Assembly (NCBI GenBank): GCA_041649335.1
Contig: JBAZNF010000001.1
Location: 21,285 to 85,284, forward strand
DNA: 64,000 bases
Source: Patescibacteria group bacterium
GTDB lineage: Bacteria; Patescibacteriota; Patescibacteriia; UBA10025; JAHIVO01
Direction of reading: 5' to 3'
The notes below the pieces were generated by a model. It was not told where the DNA came from. It worked only from the letters and a program-made list of their open reading frames with translations, and searched no databases. This document shows positions 27,246 to 36,812 of the stretch, piece by piece (within the stretch, counting starts at the first letter, position 1; each line of letters starts with the position of its first letter). The translations under genes and the position numbers were made by a program.

Positions 27246-28319
27246 TCAAACGCGTAACATATAGCTTAGTTGCTGTGGGTCGCTGGCATATTGCAGGGCG
27301 TCTTCCAGCTTGACTTCGTTGGTCTTGACCAGTTCGGCCAATGACCAGTCCAGCGAGACCATTCCTTCGGCCCGAGACGTTAAAATAATGTTGTTGATCT
27401 GGTACAGCGAGCCTTCCTTGATGAGCGATTGGATGGGCGGCGTTGAGGTCATGATTTCGGCCACAGCCACCTGTCCGCCTCCGATGCGGGGGACGAGCCG
27501 CTGGCAGATGACGGCGGCTAGGTTGGCAGCCAGGTGTTCGCGGATCTGCTGCTGTTCGTCTTTTGGATGTCCGGTGATGATCAGCTCCAGAGTTTTTATG
27601 ATAGTGTCAGCTTCCAGGTTGGCGATGACCAGCCGGCCGGACGTGGCGATATTCATGACCTGCTTGATGACCGCCGGGTTGGGGAGCTCGGACAGGAAAA
27701 CAATATCGATGTCTTCCTGGGTGACGTAGGAGAGTGCCTGTTCAAAACTGTTTGTATCGCGGCCTACCTCGCGCTGTTCAATGATGCTTTTCTGGTTATT
27801 GAAGAGGTATTCGATGGGTTTTTCTATAGTGAGGATATAGTTGGCTCGTTGCCGGTTAATATAGTCCAGGAGCGACGCCGAAGATGTAGTCTTGCCTGAA
27901 CCGAATGACCCGCTGAAGATGACCAGCCCTTTGGTCAGGTTGGCCAGGTTTTCCAGGGTGCTCGGCAGGCCGAGCGATCGGAGCGGCATGATAGTGTTGC
28001 CGATCAGCCGCAGATATGCCGCTACCTGGCCCTTTTGGTGGAAGACGTTTATACGGAACCGAGTTTGTTTCTGAAACTGATAGGCCAGGACGACTTCCTT
28101 GTTTTTTTCCAAGTTGGCAAGCTGGTCCGGGTCCAGAATCGTCTGGAGGAAGCCGCTCATGAATTCTCGGGTGATGATTTTTTCCTCCTCCAGGGTGATC
28201 AGTTTATTGTTCAGGCGGATAACCGGATGACTGCCGATCATCAGGTGAAGGTCTGAAGCTTTTTGTTCGGCCACCAGCCTGAGTATCTTGTCTATGGCCA
28301 ATTTTTCTTGTGTGTCCAT
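27246..28319 (-). CDS. PilT/PilU-family ATPase, degenerate
   Basis: ASDLHL, RFRINVF, GSGKTTS, QREVG and CQRLVP; Asp-box, Walker B and His-box altered. Confidence 0.85.
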   Translation of the reverse strand: MDTQEKLAIDKILRLVAEQKASDLHLMIGSHPVIRLNNKLITLEEEKIITREFMSGFLQTILDPDQLANLEKNKEVVLAYQFQKQTRFRINVFHQKGQVAAYLRLIGNTIMPLRSLGLPSTLENLANLTKGLVIFSGSFGSGKTTSSASLLDYINRQRANYILTIEKPIEYLFNNQKSIIEQREVGRDTNSFEQALSYVTQEDIDIVFLSELPNPAVIKQVMNIATSGRLVIANLEADTIIKTLELIITGHPKDEQQQIREHLAANLAAVICQRLVPRIGGGQVAVAEIMTSTPPIQSLIKEGSLYQINNIILTSRAEGMVSLDWSLAELVKTNEVKLEDALQYASDPQQLSYMLRV

Positions 28320-28323
28320 ATTG

Positions 28324-28854
28324 TTATATATGTATGGTTTCTTCCGAAATGCCGCTGTGTAGGTACCGGGCAATGGTTGCCTTGGCTTTATCCGTTATTG
28401 AGGGAATTTTTTCAAGCTCTTCAGGTGAAAATTTTTGTATGACGTAGGCGTCAGTAGGGATGTTTTCCGGCGGGCGCCCGATACCAAGGCGAATCCGCCA
28501 GAAATGCTGTGTGCCCAGGTGGTCGATAACCGACTGGACGCCGCGATGGCCGGCAGCCGAAGCGTTGACGTTTACGCGGATCGTCCCGAGCGGCAGGTCC
28601 ACCTCGTCATGCACAATCCAGATGTCTGATTGGTTGATTTTATAAAAGTTTTTAATCTCTGATACTGAACGCCCGGACTCGTTCATGTACGTTTGCGGCA
28701 GGCTGATCAGCGCGCTATTGGACAGCTTGGCGAACAACGAGGTGAATTTGTTATCGAAATGCTCAGCCAGCGGCTTGACCGACGCGGCGCCAAGATTATG
28801 CCTGGTCCCAGCGTATTCAGGCTCCGGATTTCCCAGTCCGACGATGAGGATCAT
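28324..28854 (-). CDS. pth: Peptidyl-tRNA hydrolase
   Basis: VGLGNP, TRHNLG, PQTYMNESG, VHDEVD and RIRLGIGRP. Confidence 0.95.
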   Translation of the reverse strand: MILIVGLGNPEPEYAGTRHNLGAASVKPLAEHFDNKFTSLFAKLSNSALISLPQTYMNESGRSVSEIKNFYKINQSDIWIVHDEVDLPLGTIRVNVNASAAGHRGVQSVIDHLGTQHFWRIRLGIGRPPENIPTDAYVIQKFSPEELEKIPSITDKAKATIARYLHSGISEETIHI

Positions 28855-28855
28855 A

Positions 28856-30175
28856 TTAATTGCGTTTACGGACGTTAATATTTATCGGAGTTCCGTTAAA
28901 ATCAATGTTGGTCCGGAGTTGTTTTTCCACCAAATTTATGACCGCCTGATTGATCGGTCCACGCCGGTTGGTCGAGAGGGTGAAGGTAGGCGGACGGTTT
29001 CCGGTTTGGGTCAGGCCGGTCAGTTTCGTTTCCGGGTGGTTTGATGCCCGTCCGTGCGGCAGGTGTATTCGGGAGATGGTGTTCCGCAGCTGGTCGGCCG
29101 GTATTTCTCTGAGACGTGCGGCCTGGACCATGAGAATGAGCTCCATCAGTTCATGGAGGCGTTGTTTCATTTCAGCCGAAATGAAGATAATCGGCGCCCA
29201 GGACAGCCAGGGGAAATACCGCTGGTACCGGTTGATAAAAAGATCCATGGTTTGGGGCGTTTTGTCGGGGATGGCGTCCCATTTATTGACGACTATAATT
29301 ATACCATTACGGCATTCCAGCGCGAGCTGGGCTATGGCCAGGTCCTGGACTGACAGGGGAGTAGTGGCATCAGTAATAAACAGCGATATGTCCGAATGCC
29401 GGATGGCCTGTTTTGTCTTCAGGATGCTGATTTTTTCAATATGTCCGGCTTTTCTTTCGTGCTTGCGTAATCCGGCTGTATCTACCAAAGTGATATGCTT
29501 ACCCTCAAAAGCTATGTCGGAATCCCGCGGCTCTCGGGTTGTATGGGGCAGGGGGCTGGTAATGGCCCAATCCTGGCCGAGCAGTGCGTTGACGAGTGAG
29601 GATTTGCCGACATTAGTTTTGCCGATGATGGAGACGCGGGCGTAGGCGGTTGGCACGGAAAATGGCGTTTCCCCGAGGCGGCTGACGATTACGTCCAGCA
29701 AATCGCCCGTCCCGGATCCTTTTAAGCCGGATAACAGGCTGGGTTCGCCCAGCCCGAGTGAGTACAGGTCCGGAGCGGCGCGTAGGCGTAGGCGCAGGTT
29801 ATCGGCCTTGTTCCCGGCGACAATGATTTGGCGTTTGATTTTTTTTAGATCGTGCGCGATTTTACGGTCAATTGAGGACAGTTCTTGCTGGCAGTCCGTA
29901 ACCAGGACGATCAGGTCAGCGTCGGTCAGGGCGTCTAGGGCTTTTTCCTGAACCTGTTTCTCTATCGGTCCGATCAGGCCGGCATCCAGTCCGCCTGAAT
30001 CAATCAGTTGAAAACTCTTGCCGCGCCAGGTGATGATGGCAAAATTCAGGTCCCGAGTGGTGCCCGGAACCGGGGAAATGATGGATTTGGTGACGCCGGA
30101 GAGCGTGTTGAAAAGGGTTGATTTTCCGACGTTGGTACGGCCGGCGAGCACGACTTTCGGCAAGGTGTGTGGCAT
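28856..30175 (-). CDS. der: Ribosome biogenesis GTPase Der/EngA
   Basis: Two G-domains (GRTNVGKST, GKTNVGKSS) plus a KH-like C-terminus. Confidence 0.95.
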   Translation of the reverse strand: MPHTLPKVVLAGRTNVGKSTLFNTLSGVTKSIISPVPGTTRDLNFAIITWRGKSFQLIDSGGLDAGLIGPIEKQVQEKALDALTDADLIVLVTDCQQELSSIDRKIAHDLKKIKRQIIVAGNKADNLRLRLRAAPDLYSLGLGEPSLLSGLKGSGTGDLLDVIVSRLGETPFSVPTAYARVSIIGKTNVGKSSLVNALLGQDWAITSPLPHTTREPRDSDIAFEGKHITLVDTAGLRKHERKAGHIEKISILKTKQAIRHSDISLFITDATTPLSVQDLAIAQLALECRNGIIIVVNKWDAIPDKTPQTMDLFINRYQRYFPWLSWAPIIFISAEMKQRLHELMELILMVQAARLREIPADQLRNTISRIHLPHGRASNHPETKLTGLTQTGNRPPTFTLSTNRRGPINQAVINLVEKQLRTNIDFNGTPININVRKRN

Positions 30176-30180
30176 AAAAA

Positions 30181-31698
30181 TTATAACGTCGTCCGGCGGG
30201 TAATCGATGTCGGAACTGTCCCGGCCGGCTGGGTAGTCTGGTCGGATCCCAGAATAATGAGAATGTCTATGGCTGGCTCGGTGTTTGTATTGTTATTGGC
30301 GTTGCCAAACGAGGTGCTGTTGGCGTTCAGGTAGTTCGCGGGCGGGTTTGCGGACAGTTTGGCATTGAGTGTTTTTTTCAGTCCGGCTAATGTATACGGT
30401 TTCGTACCTCCGGACAGGTCATAGATGACGGTCTGTGTTACCGGGATATCACTGGTGGTATTGGCTATTTTTACCACGTCATACTGCAAAGACGACAGAC
30501 GATCGGCTGTTTTGCCGGCTAAGCCCGTCTCTTCCGTGCCGTTCTGTACTTCGATTTTTGCCTGTTCGCGGATAATGAGTCCGGTGGAGAAAATGTTAGC
30601 GGCCATGGATTGGATGGTGGAATAGTCTCCTTCTTTCGGCCGGAGTATATACGCACCGTCCGTGCCCGTGTCCGATACCAGGAGCCCGTTGATGCTGTTG
30701 TCCAGTACCATATTGATGATGTTGTCTTTGCTGACATCCTTGGTCATTTTGCCCAGCTGGACCATTTCCCAGACTTCCATATTCGTCTGGTTATGGGTCC
30801 CGATATCGTTTAACACTGAAATGATGCTGCTGGGATTGATGATAGAATTTAGCGAGAAGAATTTGTTTTTCATCGCCAGGAGGATTTTTTGCTGGCGGGC
30901 TGAACGCGCAAAATCCGATCCTTCGCTGCAACACCCGTGCCGCGAGCGGGCGAACTGGAGGGCCCGTTCTCCGGACATGTGTTCCCACCCTTTCTTGAAC
31001 GTGATCGTTTGATAGCCGTAATTGTAGTCGGGGTATTGGGTGTCGGTAAAACTATTGTCGACGTATACGTCAATGCCGCCCAGGTCGTCGATGGCCTTGC
31101 GGAAACCTTCAAAATCAATACGGGCGTAATAATTGACCGGCTGGCCAATGACGTCGCTGACGACCTTGGATAACAACGCTTCGCCGCCGCCTGGATAGTC
31201 CAGGTCCGTTCCGAACGACAGGGCGTTGTTTATTTTCCTCCATCCGTACGTAGGGAATTCGACGACCAGATCGCGCGGGATGGATATCGTGGCGACGTCG
31301 CCGGTTGACGGCTTGATGCTGACAAAAATAAGCGTATCGGTCAGGTACGCCCCTTCATGGCCGGCCCCGCCAATGCCCGACAGGAGGATATTGATCCGGT
31401 CCGAGTCGGCCCCCTTCAGTTCATCTGCCGGATTGGAAACCAGATGGCTCAGCTGCTGGAAAAAACTGATTTTTTTACCCGAGGCGCTGTTCGTGCTGTT
31501 GATGGCGGAAATAAATTTCATGCCGAAAGCCAGACCGATCAGGAGAATGACGGATACCAATACCAGAGTCCAACGGAGCAGGTGTGTCTTGTGTTCGACG
31601 AGATGGACGGTATGATAGACGCTTGGGTCGATTTTGTTATGAAGTCCCGGTTCGCTGGATTCCTGGTCACCGTGCGGAGGATGCTGAGGAGTGGGCAT
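30181..31698 (-). CDS. LCP (LytR-CpsA-Psr) family phosphotransferase with LytR C-terminal domain
   Basis: TM helix, LTDT, SIPRDL, FARSRH, SDFARSARQQ and VQNGT...GLA. Confidence 0.9.
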   Translation of the reverse strand: MPTPQHPPHGDQESSEPGLHNKIDPSVYHTVHLVEHKTHLLRWTLVLVSVILLIGLAFGMKFISAINSTNSASGKKISFFQQLSHLVSNPADELKGADSDRINILLSGIGGAGHEGAYLTDTLIFVSIKPSTGDVATISIPRDLVVEFPTYGWRKINNALSFGTDLDYPGGGEALLSKVVSDVIGQPVNYYARIDFEGFRKAIDDLGGIDVYVDNSFTDTQYPDYNYGYQTITFKKGWEHMSGERALQFARSRHGCCSEGSDFARSARQQKILLAMKNKFFSLNSIINPSSIISVLNDIGTHNQTNMEVWEMVQLGKMTKDVSKDNIINMVLDNSINGLLVSDTGTDGAYILRPKEGDYSTIQSMAANIFSTGLIIREQAKIEVQNGTEETGLAGKTADRLSSLQYDVVKIANTTSDIPVTQTVIYDLSGGTKPYTLAGLKKTLNAKLSANPPANYLNANSTSFGNANNNTNTEPAIDILIILGSDQTTQPAGTVPTSITRRTTL

Positions 31699-31872
31699 GA
31701 AACTCGAAATTATTGCTAATAAGGGGTAAGTAAAATTTACGGTATTATTGCCGGCTTACTGGGGAAATTATAATAGAAATTCTCGTTTTAGTCAAAATGG
31801 CCCTATACCGTGAAAGCACCTTTAAAATATTAGCCAAAATGGAATATTGTAGGATATAATGCATCCATCACT

Positions 31873-32598
31873 ATGGGCCAAAAAACTGTCATCATACTGC
31901 CAACATATAATGAGCGGGAAAACCTGCCGGGTATTGTGGCGGATATACTGCAGGCTGTGCCGGACAATGCTGGCATTATTGTCGTGGATGACAATTCACC
32001 GGATGGTACCGGGGCGGTAGCTGACGGGCTGGCCCGTAATAATTCACGCATCCATGTACTGCATCGGACCCGTAAAGCGGGTTTGGGCAGGGCCTATCTG
32101 GCCGGTTTCCAAGAAGCGCTGAAAGATCCGGAAGCAGAGTATATTTTTGAGATGGACGCGGATTTTTCCCATCAGCCGAAGTATATCCCTGATTTTTTAT
32201 CTCGGGCCCACGATGCGGACCTCGTCCTTGGTTCCCGGTATATTGCCGGAGGCGGCGTGGAGAATTGGAGCTGGTGGCGGCACGCTATCAGCTGGTTTGC
32301 CAACTGGACTATCCGAAAAATTCTCGGCATCCGCGTCTCTGACCTGACGGGCGGATACAAATGTTTCCGCCGGCGGGTGCTTGAGCGTCTTGATCTGGGC
32401 ACGGTCCAGTCCAACGGGTATAATTTTCAGATCGAGGTAACGTACCTGGCCAGACAAGCTGGATTTCGAATCGCTGAAGTACCGATAATTTTTATCGAGC
32501 GTCGGGCGGGTCTGTCCAAGTTCAATGCATCAATCATCCTGGAAAGCTTTTGGCAGGTATTGAAACTCCGATTCCGGAAGCCATCCCGTACCCCCTGA
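31873..32598 (+). CDS. Polyprenol monophosphomannose synthase-like GT2
   Basis: PTYNERENL, VDDNSPDGTG, MDADFSH, GSRY and FQIE. Confidence 0.9.
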   Translation: MGQKTVIILPTYNERENLPGIVADILQAVPDNAGIIVVDDNSPDGTGAVADGLARNNSRIHVLHRTRKAGLGRAYLAGFQEALKDPEAEYIFEMDADFSHQPKYIPDFLSRAHDADLVLGSRYIAGGGVENWSWWRHAISWFANWTIRKILGIRVSDLTGGYKCFRRRVLERLDLGTVQSNGYNFQIEVTYLARQAGFRIAEVPIIFIERRAGLSKFNASIILESFWQVLKLRFRKPSRTP

Positions 32599-32701
32599 AT
32601 ATTGCCAAGGCAGGATGGTCAGCCTATACTACCAAAATAGTTGATTTATGGTTTGTTTTGTGCTATAATTCTTCTACTTGTCGCGTCCTGATTGAAAATA
32701 T

Positions 32702-32778
32702 GGACGATTAGCTCAGTTGGTTAGAGCGCGGCATTCACATTGCCGAGGTCGAAGGTTCAACTCCTTCATCGTCCACCA
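32702..32778 (+). tRNA. tRNA-Val (CAC)
   Basis: GGACGAT/ATCGTCC acceptor stem, CGGCA-TTCACAT-TGCCG anticodon arm and CCA. Confidence 0.92.
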
Positions 32779-32809
32779 GACCCTAATTCTATTGACTAAA
32801 AAGCGCACT

Positions 32810-33436
32810 ATGAGATTATCGGCGGGGGATTATGATATTCGAAATAGCGAAACACGCAAAAAAGGCGCTGCGCCCGATCCCGGATCTGATTTCGCATCAT
32901 CACCGAGAGCCTTTATTGTTGAATTGGCAAAGATAGTGTTAATCGCTTTGGCTATCGTTATCCCGGTTAGATATTTCCTGTTCCAGCCGTTTTACGTAGA
33001 GGGCGCTTCCATGGAACCGAATTTTTCCGATTACCAGTATTTATTGATTGATGAAATCACCTACCGGTTTTCCGAACCGCAGCGCGGGGATGTGGTCGTC
33101 CTGAAAATTCCAAGCCAGCGCGATGCCCTGATCAAACGGGTGATCGGCCTACCGAACGAAACCGTGGAAATACGGAACCAGCGCGTGTTCATCACCCAGG
33201 CGGACGGGCAATCGGCCGAACTGAACGAACCTTACCTTGGCGACGGTATCGTGACTCCTGGCAGTTCCAGTACCACGCTTGGCCCTGATATGTATTTTGT
33301 CATGGGGGATAACCGCCCCGTCAGTCTGGATTCACGAATATTCGGGACAGTTATTAAGAAACAAATTATCGGTCGGGCCTGGCTGCGCGTCTGGCCGTTT
33401 AAGGAATTCGAACATTTTACTCCCCCGGTGTATTAA
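32810..33436 (+). CDS. lepB: Signal peptidase I (copy 1)
   Basis: GASMEP, IKRVIGLP, MGDNR and SLDSR. Confidence 0.93.
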   Translation: MRLSAGDYDIRNSETRKKGAAPDPGSDFASSPRAFIVELAKIVLIALAIVIPVRYFLFQPFYVEGASMEPNFSDYQYLLIDEITYRFSEPQRGDVVVLKIPSQRDALIKRVIGLPNETVEIRNQRVFITQADGQSAELNEPYLGDGIVTPGSSSTTLGPDMYFVMGDNRPVSLDSRIFGTVIKKQIIGRAWLRVWPFKEFEHFTPPVY

Positions 33437-33443
33437 CTTTTTT

Positions 33444-34103
33444 ATGCGACTTACCATCAGCGATTACGATATTGACAATAAGAAGGCCAAACAGGAAATA
33501 AAGGCGGAAAGCAAGGAAAAAAAATCCGGTCCACCGGCGTTTGCCGATTCACCGCGAAGTTTTATACTGGAGCTGGCCAAGATTGTCCTGATTGCCCTGG
33601 CCATCATCGTTCCGATCCGGTATTTTCTTTTCCAGCCGTTTTATGTGCGTGGCGCGTCTATGGAGCCGAGTTTTTATGATAACGAATATTTGATTATTGA
33701 CGAGATCACCTATCGCCTCGCTGACCCGCAGCGCGGGGACGTCGTTGTCATCCGCAATCCCAGCCAGACGAGCGAATTTTTTATCAAACGGATTATCGGC
33801 CTGCCCGGGGAGACCGTCGAAGCCGTGGATGGCCAGATACGCATCATCAACGCCCAGTATCCGGACGGGATTACCTTATCTGAGTCTTACCTAGCCGATG
33901 GCACACTGACAAATAACCTGACGGCGACCAGTGTCCCGGAAGGCAATTATTTTGTCATGGGGGACAACCGTTCAGTTAGTTTGGATTCACGTATCTTCGG
34001 TCCGCTGCCGCGGAAAGATATTGTCGGCCGGGCCTGGTTGCGCGTATACCCATTCTCTGATTTTCAGCATTTTACCCAGCCACTATATAATTTAACACCT
34101 TAA
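33444..34103 (+). CDS. lepB: Signal peptidase I (copy 2)
   Basis: GASMEP, IKRIIGLPG, MGDNR and SLDSR. Confidence 0.93.
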   Translation: MRLTISDYDIDNKKAKQEIKAESKEKKSGPPAFADSPRSFILELAKIVLIALAIIVPIRYFLFQPFYVRGASMEPSFYDNEYLIIDEITYRLADPQRGDVVVIRNPSQTSEFFIKRIIGLPGETVEAVDGQIRIINAQYPDGITLSESYLADGTLTNNLTATSVPEGNYFVMGDNRSVSLDSRIFGPLPRKDIVGRAWLRVYPFSDFQHFTQPLYNLTP

Positions 34104-34107
34104 TAGT

Positions 34108-35496
34108 ATGAGCAAAAAAGGTTCGGACAAGCCAAAAAAAGTGCCTCAGCTCCTGCGCGGCATGAAGGACATCTTACCGGAAGAGCAACGTTTTTGGGAT
34201 TTTATCCGGCAGCGCATCGATGGGGTGGCGCAGACATACGGATTTTCCCGGATCGACACGCCGATACTGGAGGAAACGTCGTTGTTCGTGAGATCGATCG
34301 GACAGGAAACAGACGTGGTGGAAAAGGAGATGTACTCTTTCCTGGACAAGAGCAATGAGTCGGTTTCGCTGCGCCCTGAGGGCACGGCCGGCGTTGTCCG
34401 CGCGTATATAGAACACGGCATGCTCAACCGACCGCAACCGGTCAAGATGTTTTATACCGGACCGTTTTTTCGGTATGACCGACCGCAAGCCGGTCGATAC
34501 CGCCAGTTCTACCAGTTCGGGTTTGAGGTGCTGGGCGACGGCCATCCGGTCATTGACGCCCAGCTGATGATGCTGGCATACAGTCTGCTGTCAGAAATAG
34601 GTTTGCCGGTCACCCTACAGGTCAACAGCGTCGGATGTCCGACCTGCCGCGAGGCGTACAAGAAAGCGCTGAACGATTATTACCGTACCAGGAAGAACGC
34701 GATATGCGAAGACTGCAAACGGCGTCTGCAGAAAAATCCGCTCCGCCTGCTGGACTGCAAGGTGCCGGACTGTAAGCTTTTGGCGCAGGACGCGCCGCAG
34801 ACTGTTGATTATTTATGTGAAGCCTGTCATGCCCATTTCGTCAAAGTGCTGGAACACCTCGACGGGCTGGAGATACCGTATGTCCTCAATGCGCGTCTGG
34901 TCAGGGGCCTGGATTATTATACCGGCACCGCGTTTGAAATCTGGCCGGTCGCCCAGGACGAGAACGCCGAACCGCCCAACGCCATCTGCGGCGGGGGACG
35001 GTATGACATGCTGGTCAAGCAGCTGGGCGGGCCGCCGACTCCAGCCATCGGTTTTGCCGGCGGGATGGAACGGCTGGTCATTGAAATCAAGAACCGCGAC
35101 ATCAACGTGGGTATGCCGCCACCGCCGGACGTGTTTGTCGCCCAATTGGGTGATGCGGCCAGGAAAAAAGCGCTGACATTGTTCGAGGACCTCCGCCGGG
35201 CCGGCTTGAAAGTGGCTGAATCTTTTTCTAAGGACGGTATCAAGCCGCAGATGGAAATGGCGAATAAGTTGGGGGTGAAGTACGCCCTGATCATCGGCCA
35301 GAAGGAGATGCTGGACGGCACCATTCTGATCCGGGATATGGAAAACGGAATCCAGGAAACGGTTGATTTTCAGAAAATCATTTCGGAAATCCAGAAACGA
35401 TTGTCAAAAAATAACGTCAAGGCCACCAACCATAACCATATTGAGGTCGAGAGGACGCCGCCGCCGGAAACCGACTTAACAAAGTTGCCGATCTGA
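34108..35496 (+). CDS. hisS: Histidine--tRNA ligase
   Basis: LRPEGTA, RPQAGRYRQF, VRGLDYY and GGGRYD. Confidence 0.96.
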   Translation: MSKKGSDKPKKVPQLLRGMKDILPEEQRFWDFIRQRIDGVAQTYGFSRIDTPILEETSLFVRSIGQETDVVEKEMYSFLDKSNESVSLRPEGTAGVVRAYIEHGMLNRPQPVKMFYTGPFFRYDRPQAGRYRQFYQFGFEVLGDGHPVIDAQLMMLAYSLLSEIGLPVTLQVNSVGCPTCREAYKKALNDYYRTRKNAICEDCKRRLQKNPLRLLDCKVPDCKLLAQDAPQTVDYLCEACHAHFVKVLEHLDGLEIPYVLNARLVRGLDYYTGTAFEIWPVAQDENAEPPNAICGGGRYDMLVKQLGGPPTPAIGFAGGMERLVIEIKNRDINVGMPPPPDVFVAQLGDAARKKALTLFEDLRRAGLKVAESFSKDGIKPQMEMANKLGVKYALIIGQKEMLDGTILIRDMENGIQETVDFQKIISEIQKRLSKNNVKATNHNHIEVERTPPPETDLTKLPI

Positions 35497-35499
35497 CCT

Positions 35500-35838
35500 A
35501 TGGCCGAGTGTATTTTTTGTTCCATCGCGTCCCATGCCGTACCGGCTGAGCTGGTCGCCGAGTCGGACAGTTTCATCGTGATAAAAGATATCCATCCACA
35601 GGCGCCGGTGCATCTGCTGATCGTTTCCCGTGAACACATCCCCTCGATCAATGACGTGGAGCCCCGCCACCAGGCCGTGGTGGGCGCCATGGTGGTAAAG
35701 GCTAAAGAGTTGGCCAAGCAATTCGGCTTGTCAAAAGGATATAAGCTGGTTATCAACTGCGGTACGGACGGTGGACAGGTAATTCCGCACCTCCATATTC
35801 ACCTTTTGGGGGGTAAAAAATTGAACGGTTTTACCTAA
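35500..35838 (+). CDS. HIT family nucleotide-binding protein
   Basis: CIFC, DIHPQAPVH and HLHIHLLGG. Confidence 0.93.
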   Translation: MAECIFCSIASHAVPAELVAESDSFIVIKDIHPQAPVHLLIVSREHIPSINDVEPRHQAVVGAMVVKAKELAKQFGLSKGYKLVINCGTDGGQVIPHLHIHLLGGKKLNGFT

Positions 35839-36032
35839 AGTTAGCAAAATATATATGCTGATAGATATAGGCATGGACGACCTCCATATCTATTTTGACA
35901 AAACGTTAATTTCTGTGTTATATTAAACCTAGTTTTCTGTAATTTTATTAACCAGTAATCAACAGTACCCCTGCATCCGAGCAGAGAGATACCGGCACGG
36001 GTACTTATCTAATGAGGAGGTGAATTTATCAC

Positions 36033-36317
36033 GTGGTAGAAGTCAGAAGAAAAGAAGGCGAGTCGCCGGAAAGTCTGTTACGGCGGTTTACTAAAAAAGT
36101 CCAGGCCAGCGGTGTTCTTTTGCGGGCCAAACGCGGACGTTTTTATTCGTCCAAGAAGACAAAACTGGAAATGCGCGAAGTAGCCGCCAGACGGAAACTG
36201 ATCCAGGAAAAGAAGGAATTCCTCCGCAAGATCGGCAAGCTGGATGATTTCATCGACCCGAAGCGTCCGAATAAACGGGGTACCATAAAAAAATTACTCC
36301 AAGCCAGGGTCAAGTAA
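36033..36317 (+). CDS. rpsU: 30S ribosomal protein bS21
   Basis: VEVRRKEGESPESLLRRFTKKV; basic; upstream of yqeY; SD GAGGAGGTGA. Confidence 0.85.
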   Translation: MVEVRRKEGESPESLLRRFTKKVQASGVLLRAKRGRFYSSKKTKLEMREVAARRKLIQEKKEFLRKIGKLDDFIDPKRPNKRGTIKKLLQARVK

Positions 36318-36330
36318 CGTATTTTTTTCC

Positions 36331-36780
36331 ATGAGCACAGAGGGCAGGATTACTGAGGATATCAAAACAGCCATGCGCGAGCATGATGATTTCGTGCTGA
36401 CGACACTGCGGATGCTGAAGAGCGCCATCCATAATGCAGCCATTGCCCAGCGGACTAAGACACTGGAAGAGCCGGACGTCGTCAAGACGCTCATGACCCA
36501 GGCGAAGCAGCGGCGGGATGCCATGACGGCATTTACGGCCGGCTCCCGATCTGACCTGGCTGATAAGGAACAGCGGGAATTGGGCATTATCGAAAAATAC
36601 CTCCCGAAACAATTATCGCCGGAGGAGGTTAAAAATATTGTTCAGGCAACTATAACTGAATTAGGCGGTCAGGGGCACGTTTTCGGAGCGGTCATGAAAG
36701 CCGTGATGGCCAAAACGGCCGGCCAGGCAGACGGCCAGGCGGTCAGCCGGGCTGTTAAGGAAGCCCTGGGTGGAAAATAA
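36331..36780 (+). CDS. GatB/YqeY domain protein
   Basis: LRMLKSAI, KQRRDA, YLPKQLS and ADG. Confidence 0.9.
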   Translation: MSTEGRITEDIKTAMREHDDFVLTTLRMLKSAIHNAAIAQRTKTLEEPDVVKTLMTQAKQRRDAMTAFTAGSRSDLADKEQRELGIIEKYLPKQLSPEEVKNIVQATITELGGQGHVFGAVMKAVMAKTAGQADGQAVSRAVKEALGGK

Positions 36781-36812
36781 ATTACGACTAAAAAATATAC
36801 GCGTAATTATAC

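Noticed and set aside
32717-32809. N-terminal extension of the first lepB
   Set aside because: It overlaps tRNA-Val; the paralogue alignment supports ATG 32810
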